A stretch of 64,000 nt of DNA, taken from Eukaryota sp. GEM-RC1 (taxonomy: Eukaryota). The position numbers and the translations under genes were made by a program. Positions 1-11,430 of the stretch are shown in pieces; positions within the stretch are counted from its first letter, which is position 1; each line of letters starts with the position of its first letter. The stretch spans positions 620,001 to 684,000 of the forward strand of contig JAUFOQ010000005.1 of NCBI GenBank assembly GCA_040285855.1, given 5' to 3'. Below the pieces are notes generated by a model. That model was not told the DNA's origin. It made no database searches and was given only the letters and a program-made list of their open reading frames with translations.

Positions 1-2
1 AT

Positions 3-152
3 GTTACACTTACAAGTATAGGTTTGTGGAACAACTCTATTGGAGATGCTGGTATTAGAGTTCTGGCACATGCGTTAAAAATTAATGTTAAAGTTAAAAT
101 AGAAGGAGTTGATCAACTCAATCGTAATTCGTCTAGGTTTTTACAGGTCTAA
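3..152 (+). CDS. 3' end of RI-like/NLRC3-like leucine-rich repeat protein (partial, runs off window start)
   Basis: Frame from nt 3 reads VTLTSIGLWNNSIGDAGIRVLAHALKIN...QV*, matching the LxxNxIGDxGxxxLAxALKxN LRR consensus; TAA at 150-152. Confidence 0.75.
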   Translation, partial: VTLTSIGLWNNSIGDAGIRVLAHALKINVKVKIEGVDQLNRNSSRFLQV

Positions 153-431
153 TTTAGACCTGTTAAAACCTTTTCTTTGTTTAAAACGGGTTTATGGTCG
201 TCTAAAACTTTAAATGTTTTTTGTGTCATCTTCTTTTATTTACACAACTACCAGAAGCACTATAGGTTATTATCATTGCCCTAATATTGTAATTTTAATT
301 AAAACTCTAGTAAATATTGTCATCAATTGATTTTTTTTTGGGAATTAAATTGATAAGAAAACAATTTAGTTTCGCAAACGAATATGAAAAACTGACAGAA
401 ATGTTTTTAGTGTATTTATTTGCTTAAACAA

Positions 432-950
432 TTAAGTTGTGGTGAGAGCAAATTTTACCATTTTTGGGACATTCGCTTGCATAATGACCAATTTCATTAC
501 ACTTAAGACGTACATTAAAGCGTAAATTTTGCTTTCTAGTACCGGAACGAGAACTTGAAGATTTGTGCAACAAAGATCTTCTGTAAAGTATAGCTTGATG
601 ACTCCTTGGCTCGCCAATCAGTGACTCTCGAACAGTCTACGAGCTCATCAGAAGCAACCCTTGACAGATCAGAAATGATTCCGTCCCTGATGTGGGACAG
701 CAACGACTTTTGAAGTCCTAGAGAAAGAATACCTCTAGCAAACCTTGAAAGAAATACAGCGTCTCACAAACCCAGTTCCGAAGCCTTTCCATTCGATTGG
801 AGAAATTCTCTCAAGTAGCAAGGTAAACGGTGACGGACATTGTCAATTCGGACATACAATGTTGAAAAACATACAAATTTCTGTCTCGTTCAGAGAGCAG
901 AGTGAACCACGGTCAAACAACCGCGTTCTAAGAGCCACTTAATTATTACT
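432..950 (-). pseudogene. Decayed gag-like ORF ending in a CCHC zinc knuckle (LTR retroelement remnant)
   Basis: Minus strand ~469-510 reads RLKCNEIGHYASECPK, a CX2CX4HX4C knuckle with the first Cys replaced by Arg; upstream frames are broken. Confidence 0.45.
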
Positions 951-956
951 CCTCAA

Positions 957-1182
957 AAGGGACTGTTAAAAATATATTGCACTTTTGCAAAAACAATGGT
1001 TAATCACAATCTAGTCAACTTATATAATGCCTAATGATGATCTAATGAGTTACGATGGAATTAACATTAACACAATAAAGAATCTACTCAACAATATTGA
1101 TATTGATTCCAATTATTGCAATACTGTATTGGAAATTTGTTTGACCCTGCAATCTACTGCAATACATTTTTGACAGTCCCTG
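957..1182. mobile_element. hAT-type MITE, CAGGGACTG family (short copy)
   Basis: TIR aagggactgttaaaaatatattgc / gcaatacatttttgacagtccctg; 8-bp TSD ctcctcaa/ctgctcaa (7/8); same family as 54564-55436. Confidence 0.85.
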
Positions 1183-2033
1183 CTGCTCAATGCAACTAGA
1201 AGACAAGTGAAGAAGATTTACAAATTCAGAAACTCCAACACAACAGTACTACAACAGTTGTGACCATTTAAGACGAGATTGTGTTAGGATCTCACCACAG
1301 AATGAATGTAAGCTAGATTAGACCTGTAGGAAGTAATACCCTGATCATCAACAAGTCCCACTTCTAGCTCTGATAATTGCAACATAGAGTTTTTCCTTGG
1401 AACAATCTTTAGGCATGTCTTCAAGAAGGGAACTATCTTGCTCAAAGACATTGTAGTTAGTATCTTGTCAGAATTTCAAACGGTGGAGCGACATTGATAA
1501 AAGCGCTTTTTGTGTTGGGTTTGGCTCATTGCCGTTGTTCTCTATTAAGTTTAATGAATTTTATTGAATACTTTGTATTGCTGTCATTCAACAGCATAAA
1601 GTTCCAATTCTACATGTTCTACATTGAAGGGTATGAAACTCAACAACAGATCTATTTTCGCACTTTCGTTAAGTATCCATAAACTAAAGAAAAATTTGTC
1701 TCCAAACATGAAAGCTTGGAGTATGAGAATCGTATTAGCTTGGCTAAGATTAAAAGTCCCGCTTTTTGTGATTTTTTAACGGACATTTCGTCAGTTATTT
1801 CAGATTGATTTAAACATTTCGTTAATCTCTTTAAAAGAGAATACTAAATAATAAATAATAAATAATAATACCCTAATAACTCTATTTTCTACTTCGCTGC
1901 TCTCTGAGGTTCGATCTGTTTTCTTACTTGTGAACAAGTCATTTAATGCTCAAGATTATGTTGGTTATTCCCAAATTGATGTGGATAATTCTTTTAGGGT
2001 TGAAGACTTTGCTAGATATTCCCATGTTGATAC

Positions 2034-2705
2034 ATGATTGAGAGCCAGTTTGAAAAATGTTTGAAAAATCCCGAAGATTTAAAATTCCTTGATAAATCTT
2101 CTACTTTTCACTTTCCACGTTTTCAAAAACTTGATCTCCGTGTTGATTCTTCTATATTTCTAGCATTCACTGAAGCTATCCATGGAAATACCATTCTTAG
2201 AGAGCAGAATTTTAGTTGGAACTCTATGGGTGATGAAGGTGCTACTCATTTGGCCGAAACTTTGAAAACAAATTCTTCAATTATTAAACTAAATCTCTCA
2301 AACGCCTCTTTTGGCACTGAAGGTGCAGTTGCTTTAGCTGATACTTTGAAATTCAATTGTTCTATATCCTACATTGATCTACGTAATAACGCAATTGGTG
2401 ATAACTCTATCGCCGCTTTAGCTGAAACACTGTCTTTCAGTTTATCAATTACAACGATTTTGCTTTACTTCAACTCTATTGGTGACGAAGGAGCCGTGGC
2501 CTTAGCTAAGGGCTTGAAATCTAATTCTTCAGTTACTTTACTAGATTTACAATCTAACTCTATTACCGACAAAGGAGCCATTGCTTTGAGTAAATCCCTG
2601 AAGTGCAACAGTTCAGTCACTCATATTAAGCTACAGTGTAACTCTATCACTTCTAAAACAAGGGATATCATTCAAAAAATGTCCTTTTATCGAATCTCAT
2701 TTTGA
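2034..2705 (+). CDS. RI-like/NLRC3-like leucine-rich repeat protein (true start uncertain)
   Basis: About six 28-aa repeats of type NSIGDEGAVALAKGLKSNSSVTLLDL. Confidence 0.85.
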   Translation: MIESQFEKCLKNPEDLKFLDKSSTFHFPRFQKLDLRVDSSIFLAFTEAIHGNTILREQNFSWNSMGDEGATHLAETLKTNSSIIKLNLSNASFGTEGAVALADTLKFNCSISYIDLRNNAIGDNSIAALAETLSFSLSITTILLYFNSIGDEGAVALAKGLKSNSSVTLLDLQSNSITDKGAIALSKSLKCNSSVTHIKLQCNSITSKTRDIIQKMSFYRISF

Positions 2706-2737
2706 TATTGTGTATTGAAGGTCATACTGTTTTTAAC

Positions 2738-3035
2738 CATAGCTGTCCATGACACGGACATGCCCACTGTCATGACATAATGGTGTCATGACATGCATTA
2801 CATAATTACATCTAAGGTTGGAATATAAAGGTAGGTTTAACAAAATACAGATACTGTTAAATACAGTCGTATTCCAAATCAAAGCTTGGCTATTCACTCA
2901 TCTGTGTAGATTGTACGCTTTTACTATAAATTTTAAATCAAAAATGTTGAAAAATTATCTTGTTGAACGATTTAACGATGTTCCGTTTGTCATGACATAA
3001 GTTGCTAATTTGTCATGACGTCATGGGTAGCTATG
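2738..3035. mobile_element. hAT-type MITE, CATAGC/CATGAC family
   Basis: TIR catagctgtccatgac / gtcatgggtagctatg; exact 8-bp TSD tttttaac (2730-2737, 3036-3043); subterminal CATGAC repeats. Confidence 0.9.
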
Positions 3036-3491
3036 TTTTTAACAGTGTTGCGCCATAACCGAAAATACATTTGCCATGCACTTTATGGACGTATGTTCTC
3101 TCATTCGTACAAACAATGGCACAACACTGGTAATTAATGATTGTTGTTGGAATGGTTTTGTGATATATTAGGCGAAGTTTCTGCTGGTTTTTCCTGATGA
3201 TTTTGTGTTGTGTTGCTCTGTGTAGAACTAGAATATCTAAAAATGCCAATTTCCACCAAGTAGTGTTTGTCATGGAGAGCTGTAACAACATAAGGACCAA
3301 TAAACTTGAATTTAGAAATACTGTAATATTTGAGCTAGTGCAGCAATACATGTAATACCACATATTTGGTTTGTAACCGTTCCAAGGTAGCAACAATGTA
3401 GACTTAAACACAAAGCAATGTACTTTAGTATAATCATTCATTACGAACTGAACAACAACAGATAGGCAAACCACTTGTCTTATAGTGACAC

Positions 3492-4420
3492 TTACACATC
3501 AAGGTTAAAGTCAGAATCAAAATCACCAACTGATTCCCCATCAGTCCAATCAACGTCCGAGACAAATGCAATAGACCTTGCTGAGAGACAATCATACAGG
3601 TCAAACTTCTCTAAAGGAGACTTACGGTCATCCTCGTCAAAGGCACTAGGACTTCTAGAAGAGGAAAGAGTTTCAATGGACAGTGGTGCAAAGGCTTTTT
3701 CTAGTAATGAATGAACAGAAGAGTCAGGTTGAAGAGATGGAGTTGGTCCATTTAATAACTTTTCCCTCTCACCAACTACCTCTGGATCAGTTACTGTAAT
3801 TGAGTCATTGTAAGGACCGTGGATAATCCAAGGATGAGTCATTAATTCATTAGCAGTTATCCTAGTTTTAGGATTCTTGTCAAAGATTGAAAGTAACAAA
3901 TTTAAAAGCAAAGGGTCAATAAACTGGGGGAAAACAGGTTCATCTTGGCAGATTTTACGATAAACAACCATGACTTGCTGGTCATAGAAAGGAAGTCGTC
4001 CAAAGAGCACAAAGTACAAGGTAACTCCCGCTGCCCAAACATCAGAAGCTTTCCCTGCTCTATCCATATATCCAGAGACAAGTTCAGGAGCAAGGAAAGC
4101 TGAAGATCCAGTTAATGCAAAGGAACTTCGGTTGTTTGAAGTGATATCTATGGACACTCCAAAATCAGACAGCTTGACATGACCATCAGCAGTTAAAAGG
4201 AGGTTGCTTGGTTTGATATCTCTATGGACAATGTTAAGTTCATGAAGATAGTCCAGGGCATTAATCAAATCACGAAAGTACACCCAGGCATATGAGACAT
4301 GTAGAGGTTGACACGTGATAGATGAGTCTGAAACTAGAGCACCACCTGGAACATACTCTAGAACAAGATAACGTTTGTTGTTCTCTTCTTTTCAAAGGAA
4401 TGTAATAATTTGACAATAGC
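3492..4420 (-). pseudogene. CaMKK/SnRK-activating-like Ser/Thr kinase lacking subdomains I-III
   Basis: HRDIKPSNLL, DFG, APE and DVWAAGVTLY motifs. Frame extends upstream of the ORF call as AIVKLLHSFE..NNKRYLVLEYVPGG (one slip in an A-run). No Gly-loop or VAIK before the PH-repeat gene stop at 4422. Confidence 0.8.
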
Positions 4421-4421
4421 A

Positions 4422-7400
4422 CTACACTGGCCACTCATCAGGCATAAGCTCCTCTGCCCAGCTAGGTGGGGGAACTATCTTCTTAACCAAAATTCTATAC
4501 GCTCGGTCACGCATGTCATCAAAGTGGAAATTTTTGAGCCAAGCCCAAAACTGGTCCTCAGTTATCTCCAAGAATTCGAAACGGAGATCCCTTGTATTGA
4601 TGCAGTCAAATTGATTCTCATCCTTGTTCCAGTTATCAACAAATGCTTTGAGAGGAGTAACATCTTTAGAAGCGTCATCAACAAGCTTTTTCGCCAATGC
4701 TTTGTTATCATCACCTGCTATACATTTGTAAATGACTTCACATTGAGAAGGGTGATCATATTCAAGAAGCGGTGTACAAAGTTCAATGAATGTCATTTTT
4801 CGTTCCAAACTGGTAATATACGAAGCAAACACAGCCAAATCCCAAGGAGTAAAAAGCAAATTCCTAACTCCAAGAAGATATCTTCCAATGTTTGCAATTT
4901 TGCGGTTACTTGATCCCCCGAGATGTCCCGAATTAAACGGGCAATAGGAGGTCTTGGTCTAGAGAAAGTAGCATCTCCAAGTATGGAAGAAACAGTGTCC
5001 CTATCAGTAGGAAAGTGTTTGAGAAGTTTCTCATAATCATTAACACAAATGACTGGATTTGGAACTGATGCGGCCCATGAACGAAGAATGCTTAATCGCT
5101 CGTCATTACTAACTGCTTCTTCAATGGCTTCCAAGAGTTCATTCATGGTAGGGTTAGGAACTGTCTTTCTTAGACCAGGAACTGTGTGATTGTGGGATTC
5201 CAGGACTTGTTTGGCCTTTTCTGCATAAGGATAGAAATGGTGTTCACAAAGTGTTTCGCATTCAGAATAATGGTCGTAAAACAACTTTTCAGCACACATT
5301 TCAACAACTCTTTGCTTGTCATCAATTGCTGCATGGCCAAACCCATTAAGGATATGCTTAAGATCATTTATAGCAACGGATTGCGTATACCCAGACAATA
5401 GTTCCATAACTTTCAGTTTTTCATGACTGACCGAGAAAAATGACAGAACAATAGTCAAAGATTCTGAAGACAGAGAGAGCTCTGAAATATGAGAAATATG
5501 AGAAGCTAGGCTACTGAAGAGTTCATTCTCTCCTACACGGGGTAAGTAAAACAGGCTGATTAAATAAGGCAACATCTCAGATTGTTCAACAGATTCAGGC
5601 ACCTTTTGAGGTTGATCTGGTTGGTCAACAGGTTGTTGGTTGCATTTTACTGACTCGAGTACTGAACGAACCTTGTTTCTGTGAGTTGAGGTTTCGAACA
5701 TTCTGATGATTCCTACCAACTGCCAAAGAGTTTGGAATACCATCTTTTCAACAACGATAAGCAAGGCATCCAGTCTACGCTGGTGATTTGTATACAGATT
5801 CAACAATTCCTTCACTTGATCAACTGAAAGAGGTGATTCCATGAGGTTATGGACAAGTTGCAATACTTTAAGTCTGTTACCCTGCTTGACTTCGTCTTCA
5901 GCATCATTTTGGAAATGTTCCAGTAATTTAACAACTTCCTCAAAGGTAAAGCTGGGATTTGGAACTGATGCCAACCAAGAGTTCAAGACGTTTACCAATT
6001 CTTTGCTTTCCAATTCCACAAGACCGAAACTGTCCGAACCTCCATTGAGAGCGTTGAACAGCATTTTTACACTAGGATACACAGGAGTAACATCTTGATT
6101 ACTCAAATCAGAGAGGTTTGATCTCTGAGACGTGATCATTGCTCTGACCTTTACTTTGGCTTCGTATTCGTAAAATGCACAGTAAAGGGGTTCACAGTCA
6201 AATGGTAAGGCATATACTAATTTCGGGGAACAAATCGCGACAACCTTCATCTGATGTTCTTCTTCAACCATTCGTAAATATTTTAGGACATCAGAAACAG
6301 TAAAAGAAGGAATATTTTCAGACAACACTTCAATTACTTTGACACGGTCCTTTTCATCATCAACATTTTCCAGGATTTCAATACAATCTTTTTCAGTTAA
6401 AACAGTGTTGGAACCTTGAACTGATGCGAACCACGAGTTCATAACATTACACATTTCGTTTGGTCCCAATGGATTTGATGGAGTAAGTGCCTCGATAAGC
6501 ATATCTACCGTGGGATACACGGGGTAGGATCCACTGGCGTTGCTTCCTGAGAAGAAATGATTTGTCTGGCCATTGTTTTGGTTTTGCCTCTAGAAATTGT
6601 ATAATAAATGGGTTCACAGTCAAAAGGTAAGGTGTAGACTAGCTTTTTGGAACAAATCTCAATAACCTTCATTTCATCGGTATCTGTAACCAACTTTAGA
6701 ATTTCAGAGACATCAGAAACAGCAAAAGAAGGAATATAGGCAGCCATTGCTTCAAATGCTTTAATGCAATCTTCTGGATCCAGAAAAGATTCAAGAATTG
6801 ATAAACATTCTTGTGCTGATAAAACAATGTTAGATAGAGTGAAAACATCGGAATTAATAATGCGATGTTTGTCTTCAGATTGAGAACATCGCTTGATTTT
6901 TGTAATCAAATTTGAAACATCTGGCTCACCCGGTTGGAATTGGCCCTGTTGTTTTACGGACGTAGATTCAATTATGGAATAAGCAGTATTTTTGTCAGTA
7001 CTCGACAAAAACACTTTGTCAAGCGCATCCAACTCAGAATCAAAGTGGTAGATCATCTTGTTAGCGACTGCAGGCAATGCAGTCAATCTGACAGCGGGAG
7101 TGGAAAAAACTCTCATCAAACCTATCATTTGGTCAGCATCAAGTGTTTCAGAAAAGTTGAATAATTCTTCCAATATTTGAAGGCGCCGTTCGTCTGTCTT
7201 GAAGGTTTTGAGAATCTTAGCTAACACCTCAGGGCTAAACACAGGATTTGGTACTGAAGCTAACCATGAATGTATAATATCGACCTTTTCTTCATCCGGT
7301 ACAGAACCGCTGATACCTTTAACTAGCATTTCTGGAGTCGGAAGTGAAGACTCTACTGAAGTTTGAATCTGATTCGCCTCTCTAGCAGATGCGATGAGTT

Positions 7401-9129
7401 CCCTTGCCAAAGTTTTCTTTTCTGGTACAGAAAGAACTTTGTAAATAGGTTCGCAATCCCAAGGTAGCGCATAGGCTAACTTATGACAACAAGCTTCTAC
7501 CACCTTCAGTTTTGAATCAATGTCTGGAATTTTGGCAATAAGGGAAGCAAACTCCGTTACATCAAATGATGGAATATATTCAGACAGTAGTACAATGGCT
7601 GTTACACGATTAGAATCATTGGGAAAAGTCGCAGCAATAGTTTGAATCTCTTTTACTGTCAGTGTGACGTCAAAAGCTGAAGAAAGTTCAGTCTCGAGGA
7701 CTTCCATCTTTTCTTCAACTTCTTTGGCAGCTCTGAGCTTTTTCTTGAACTGGGCAAAATTGAAAACGATCACTTCAGGCTGAGGAGTAGCTGGTTGTTG
7801 AACTTGAGGTTGTGGAGTTGCTTGTTGGCTTACTGGAGGTTGAACCATTGCAGAAGTGGCATCTTGCTTGATGTTTTGTTCTAAAGAAGCTTCTTCTAGA
7901 TTCACAGCAGTGGATTCAAACATTGCTCGAACAGATTCTTTGTCTTTAGCAACGGTAAATAATTTGAGAAGTGGCTCCAAATCAGACTCAGATTGATACT
8001 CCAACTTGTTAGCAATTATGGGTAGTGCAGTCATTTTGGAGGTCGGAGTCTGAAATACTTTTAGTAAAGCTACCGTTTCTTGAACACTGAGAGTTTGAGT
8101 TGGCTTCGAGATCTCTTCCAATACTTCGAGGCGTTGTGCATCTGTCTTGAACTTTTTGACAGTCTTGGTTAGCTCATCAGGACTAAACACTGGATTTGAA
8201 ACTGAAGTTAACCATGAACGTAAAATATTGTTCTTTTCTTCATCATGGGCACAACCTCCGACTGCTTTTATCAACATTTCAGTGGTAGGAATTGAAGGCT
8301 CAACTGACTGGTTCCTTGGAACAGAAGCAAGGAGTTCCCTTGCCAAAGTTTTTCTTTTCTGGTACGGTCAGAACCTTGTAAATTGGTTCAGTATCCCAAG
8401 GAAGAACATATACGAGCTTGCGATAACAAGCTTCGATCACCTTCATTTTTCCATCAATGTCGGGAATTTTGGCAATGAGCGAAGTAACATCACAGACAGC
8501 AAGAGATTCAACATGACGAGCCAAAAGTTCAATGGCGGACACACGATGATCAGCATTGGTGAAACAGGACGAAATCCCAACCAGTTCTTGAGCTGTGATG
8601 GTGCTATTGGGAATTGGGGAGAGTTCAGATACCAGTACTTCCAACTTTGCAGGAACAACTTTGGTCGCTTTGATCTTTTTAATCAGATCAGAAACATTAA
8701 GGTCTTCAACTTGAGCTTGTGGAACAGATTTATTACCAGCTTCAGGTGCTGGCGTAACTTGTTGGCCAGTCTCCTCTTGACACTCACCTACACAGGATCG
8801 GATTACATCAATCCACTCCTCCTTCTCTTCAGCAGAATCAGCAGCAAGAACCCAAGGTCTCTTAGACCCATCTTGAAGTTCAAATTGGAAGGGTTTTTGT
8901 GTTTTGGCAGGCGTGTCAATGACAGTGAGTCCCTTGCAGGCAATTCTTCCCTTGGGCATAGCTCCTGGTTTTTGAAAAACTTCAGCGCTATCCCAACAAT
9001 CAACATGAGAAGAGGAAGAAATGACAAAGAACTTCCGTTGCCACTAAAATAAGATCACATCAAGTAACATACTGATGATGTTGGGGAAACACCACGTTTG
9101 TTTAAGAAACCAGAGTGTATGAAAGACAT
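4422..9129 (-). CDS. PH domain + DUF4476-like helical repeat protein, copy 1 (~1560 aa; intron 9044-9072; three homopolymer frameshifts)
   Basis: ATG at 9129 (MSFIHSGFLNKRGV..|WQRKFFVI...WVLAADSAEEKEEWIDVI = PH domain). ORFs 8300-8959, 6505-8346, 4793-6520 and 4422-4859 join by single-base slips at ~8350 (A5), ~6522 (C4) and ~4917 (G5) and align collinearly with copies 2 and 3. Confidence 0.8.
9044..9072 (-). other. 29-nt GT-AG spliceosomal intron
   Basis: gtatgttacttgatgtgatcttattttag; removal joins the ATG exon in frame to the PH domain. Confidence 0.85.
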
Positions 9130-9987
9130 CGGGTTAAATGAATGGCGTTTCGTCTTAATCATGACGTGTTTCAAGTGAACTCTCACAACAATGTCTCTCA
9201 CAACTGATAGTCCATGAAAAAGCACATCTGCGTGTATGTTCGCGCGGTTATCACATTGTTGTATCTCCTACACATCACCTCACAATGCTGTTATGATTTT
9301 CAATCATTTTTCAATCCACACACTTGATCTGTTTGTATTCATCTGCTCTTCTTCGTAGTTCTCTCAGTGTTACCACTCATTGTCTGCTTTATTACTTTGT
9401 TGAGACAACACTCTAGCATTATTATCCCTGCAATTCAACAATGTTCAAAGATGAAACAATATGGGTTCTTACTCGTGTCTGAAACTCACTGCTTGCGTCT
9501 TTGGAGACTGTAACGAAGTCTATATTTGCAACCTCTCTAATTTCGTTCTTGTGGAAGGAACGTGGATTCGTTCTGTCACTCTTCTTCAGTTATATACACA
9601 ACATCTGATCTAGTAAGTCACAACATGATCCAGGTTGACGATCAACCATGGATATCTTGATGATGACGTCATTTTTGCTCTCAAAGCAAAACTCAAGGTC
9701 AGCCACTGCCAAGCAATTAATCTCGTCGATATCGGTTTTTGTGTTACCTATGATTTCCTCCCGTAGCTCCCTCCCTTGAACCTGTTGTTATGCCATTTTC
9801 CAAAGACATTCTCTTTCACTTCCCTGTCTTGTGATTCGGAGTTCAGTATCTCGTCATACAGTTTCATAAGATATTCAGTGACGATAACCACTTTCAGCAA
9901 ATATCAGCTACATCTATTCTTTGCACCCTCAATATGAGTCTGTCAGAATTCTCATGATCCTCTACTTCTATATTGTCTACGCTATCC

Positions 9988-10810
9988 AGGGATCGAAAAA
10001 ATATATTGCACTATATTTCTAGCATAAAAAATGTACAATAAATATATTGGAAAATGTGATCATTGCAATAAATATATTGGAAACTGAGATGATTGCAATA
10101 AATAATTGCAATATATTGCAATATTTTGGGTAAAACTTGGTCCGTGAAAATGTAAGAAATTGAGATTTTTTGCTGAAATTTACTGACTGAAAATCTACCA
10201 CTAGTAGAACATCAGAGTTTTTAGTCGGTTACCCTTTCAGATACATCAATAAGAACATAAATTTTACTTCTTAACGTACTGTAAATCTTGACACCGCTTC
10301 TGATCATAATGTACGCTCAGACTTCACAACTCATCTTTCTACTTTGCTCTTCTGTTGATGTCAATGGTTTCTATGATGTGATGTATATGCGTGTTTGAAC
10401 TTTTCAGCGATTCGTCACGTACGTATACCACGTTCATTACAGTCCCACCTACTACATGATAAGACTTCCCGCTTCCTGGTACAGACTCTGTGCAGGGATC
10501 GAAAATAATAAATTGTATTGCTGGGTGCGGGTCGTGTCTTTATTGATTCGTAAATAACACATGTACCAGTTTCCACAAATCTCATTACTTGGAGTACGTG
10601 TTGAGTGATGACAATAGTGATGTAGAAACCAACTGTAGGTCCCTTTTTAACTTTTTTTGGATTTGGAGTGGATATGCAGTGAAAAAAGTGTTCTTATGAA
10701 CAACATTTGTTAGAGTTACTCTGCATAAATCTCGTTGTGACATATTGCAATATATTGGAAATATATTGCAATATATTGCAATAAACCCTTTGTTGCAATA
10801 AATATATTGC
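9988..10810. mobile_element. Degenerate hAT-type MITE(s), CAGGGATCG/ATTGCAAT family; right end not resolved
   Basis: Left ends cagggatcgaaaa at 9988 and ~10493; clusters of ATATTGCAAT at 10050-10125 and 10740-10810. Confidence 0.5.
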
Positions 10811-10854
10811 GCATCAAGCCATGATGACATCTTTGGGTTTTGGGATGTCAAATC

Positions 10855-10905
10855 ATCATGAGTCTCGAAACTCGTGAGTTTGACTTGACTCTAATTACAA
10901 CTCTA
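10855..10905. mobile_element. Isolated right end of GAGTC/GACTC-family hAT MITE
   Basis: gaaactcgtgagtttgacttgactctaattacaactcta closely matches the right end of 22796-23281. Confidence 0.6.
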
Positions 10906-11019
10906 TCATCAACGGATAAAGTCAGTAAGTGTGACTGCCAGATCGACCGAAAATATAAACACGCAGTGCAGTAATAGTTGTTAGATTAACATGGAAACTA
11001 ATACAGCATCACAATGAAC

Positions 11020-11279
11020 CATACTTGGACATGACGTCATGTGGTCATGACAAACAAGGTTTAAAGTGTCCTCAAAGTTGACATCTGGAAATTCTCATCT
11101 AAGACTTATTTAGCGTAATTGATTATTCTTCTAGTGTTGAATGAGTTACTGGGACAAACGGACTTGTATTTTCTTCTTGTATTTGGTGTTGAGAAACAGA
11201 TATGAGGATTGGCTAACATAAACTGTCATGTGTCATCAATGTCACGATAATTCTCAAAAACGTGTCATGTCCACGTATG
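11020..11279. mobile_element. hAT-type MITE, CATGAC family
   Basis: TIR catacttggacatgac / gtcatgtccacgtatg; TSD caatgaac/ctatgaac (7/8). Confidence 0.85.
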
Positions 11280-11430
11280 CTATGAACCAATCTTTCGAAA
11301 TCATGCAAGAACAATGTCTTCTAAAAGACCCAAAATTTTGTATTTAAATGGATTTTCTCGATCTAAGCCAAACTCTTTAGACTTTTACCCGAATTAATTG
11401 ACCGATGTACTTGTTTATTGAACTACACTT

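Noticed and set aside
8147..9052. 301-aa plus-strand ORF and similar antisense ORFs (20184-20648, 23494-23829, 24956-25465)
   Set aside because: Antisense shadows of the PH-repeat genes; similarity among them is explained by the sense gene.
9180..9980. Gene upstream of PH-repeat copy 1 (also 14900-15900, 20800-22700, 43560-44000)
   Set aside because: Coding-like composition but no sustained frame or recognisable motif; probably decayed fragments.
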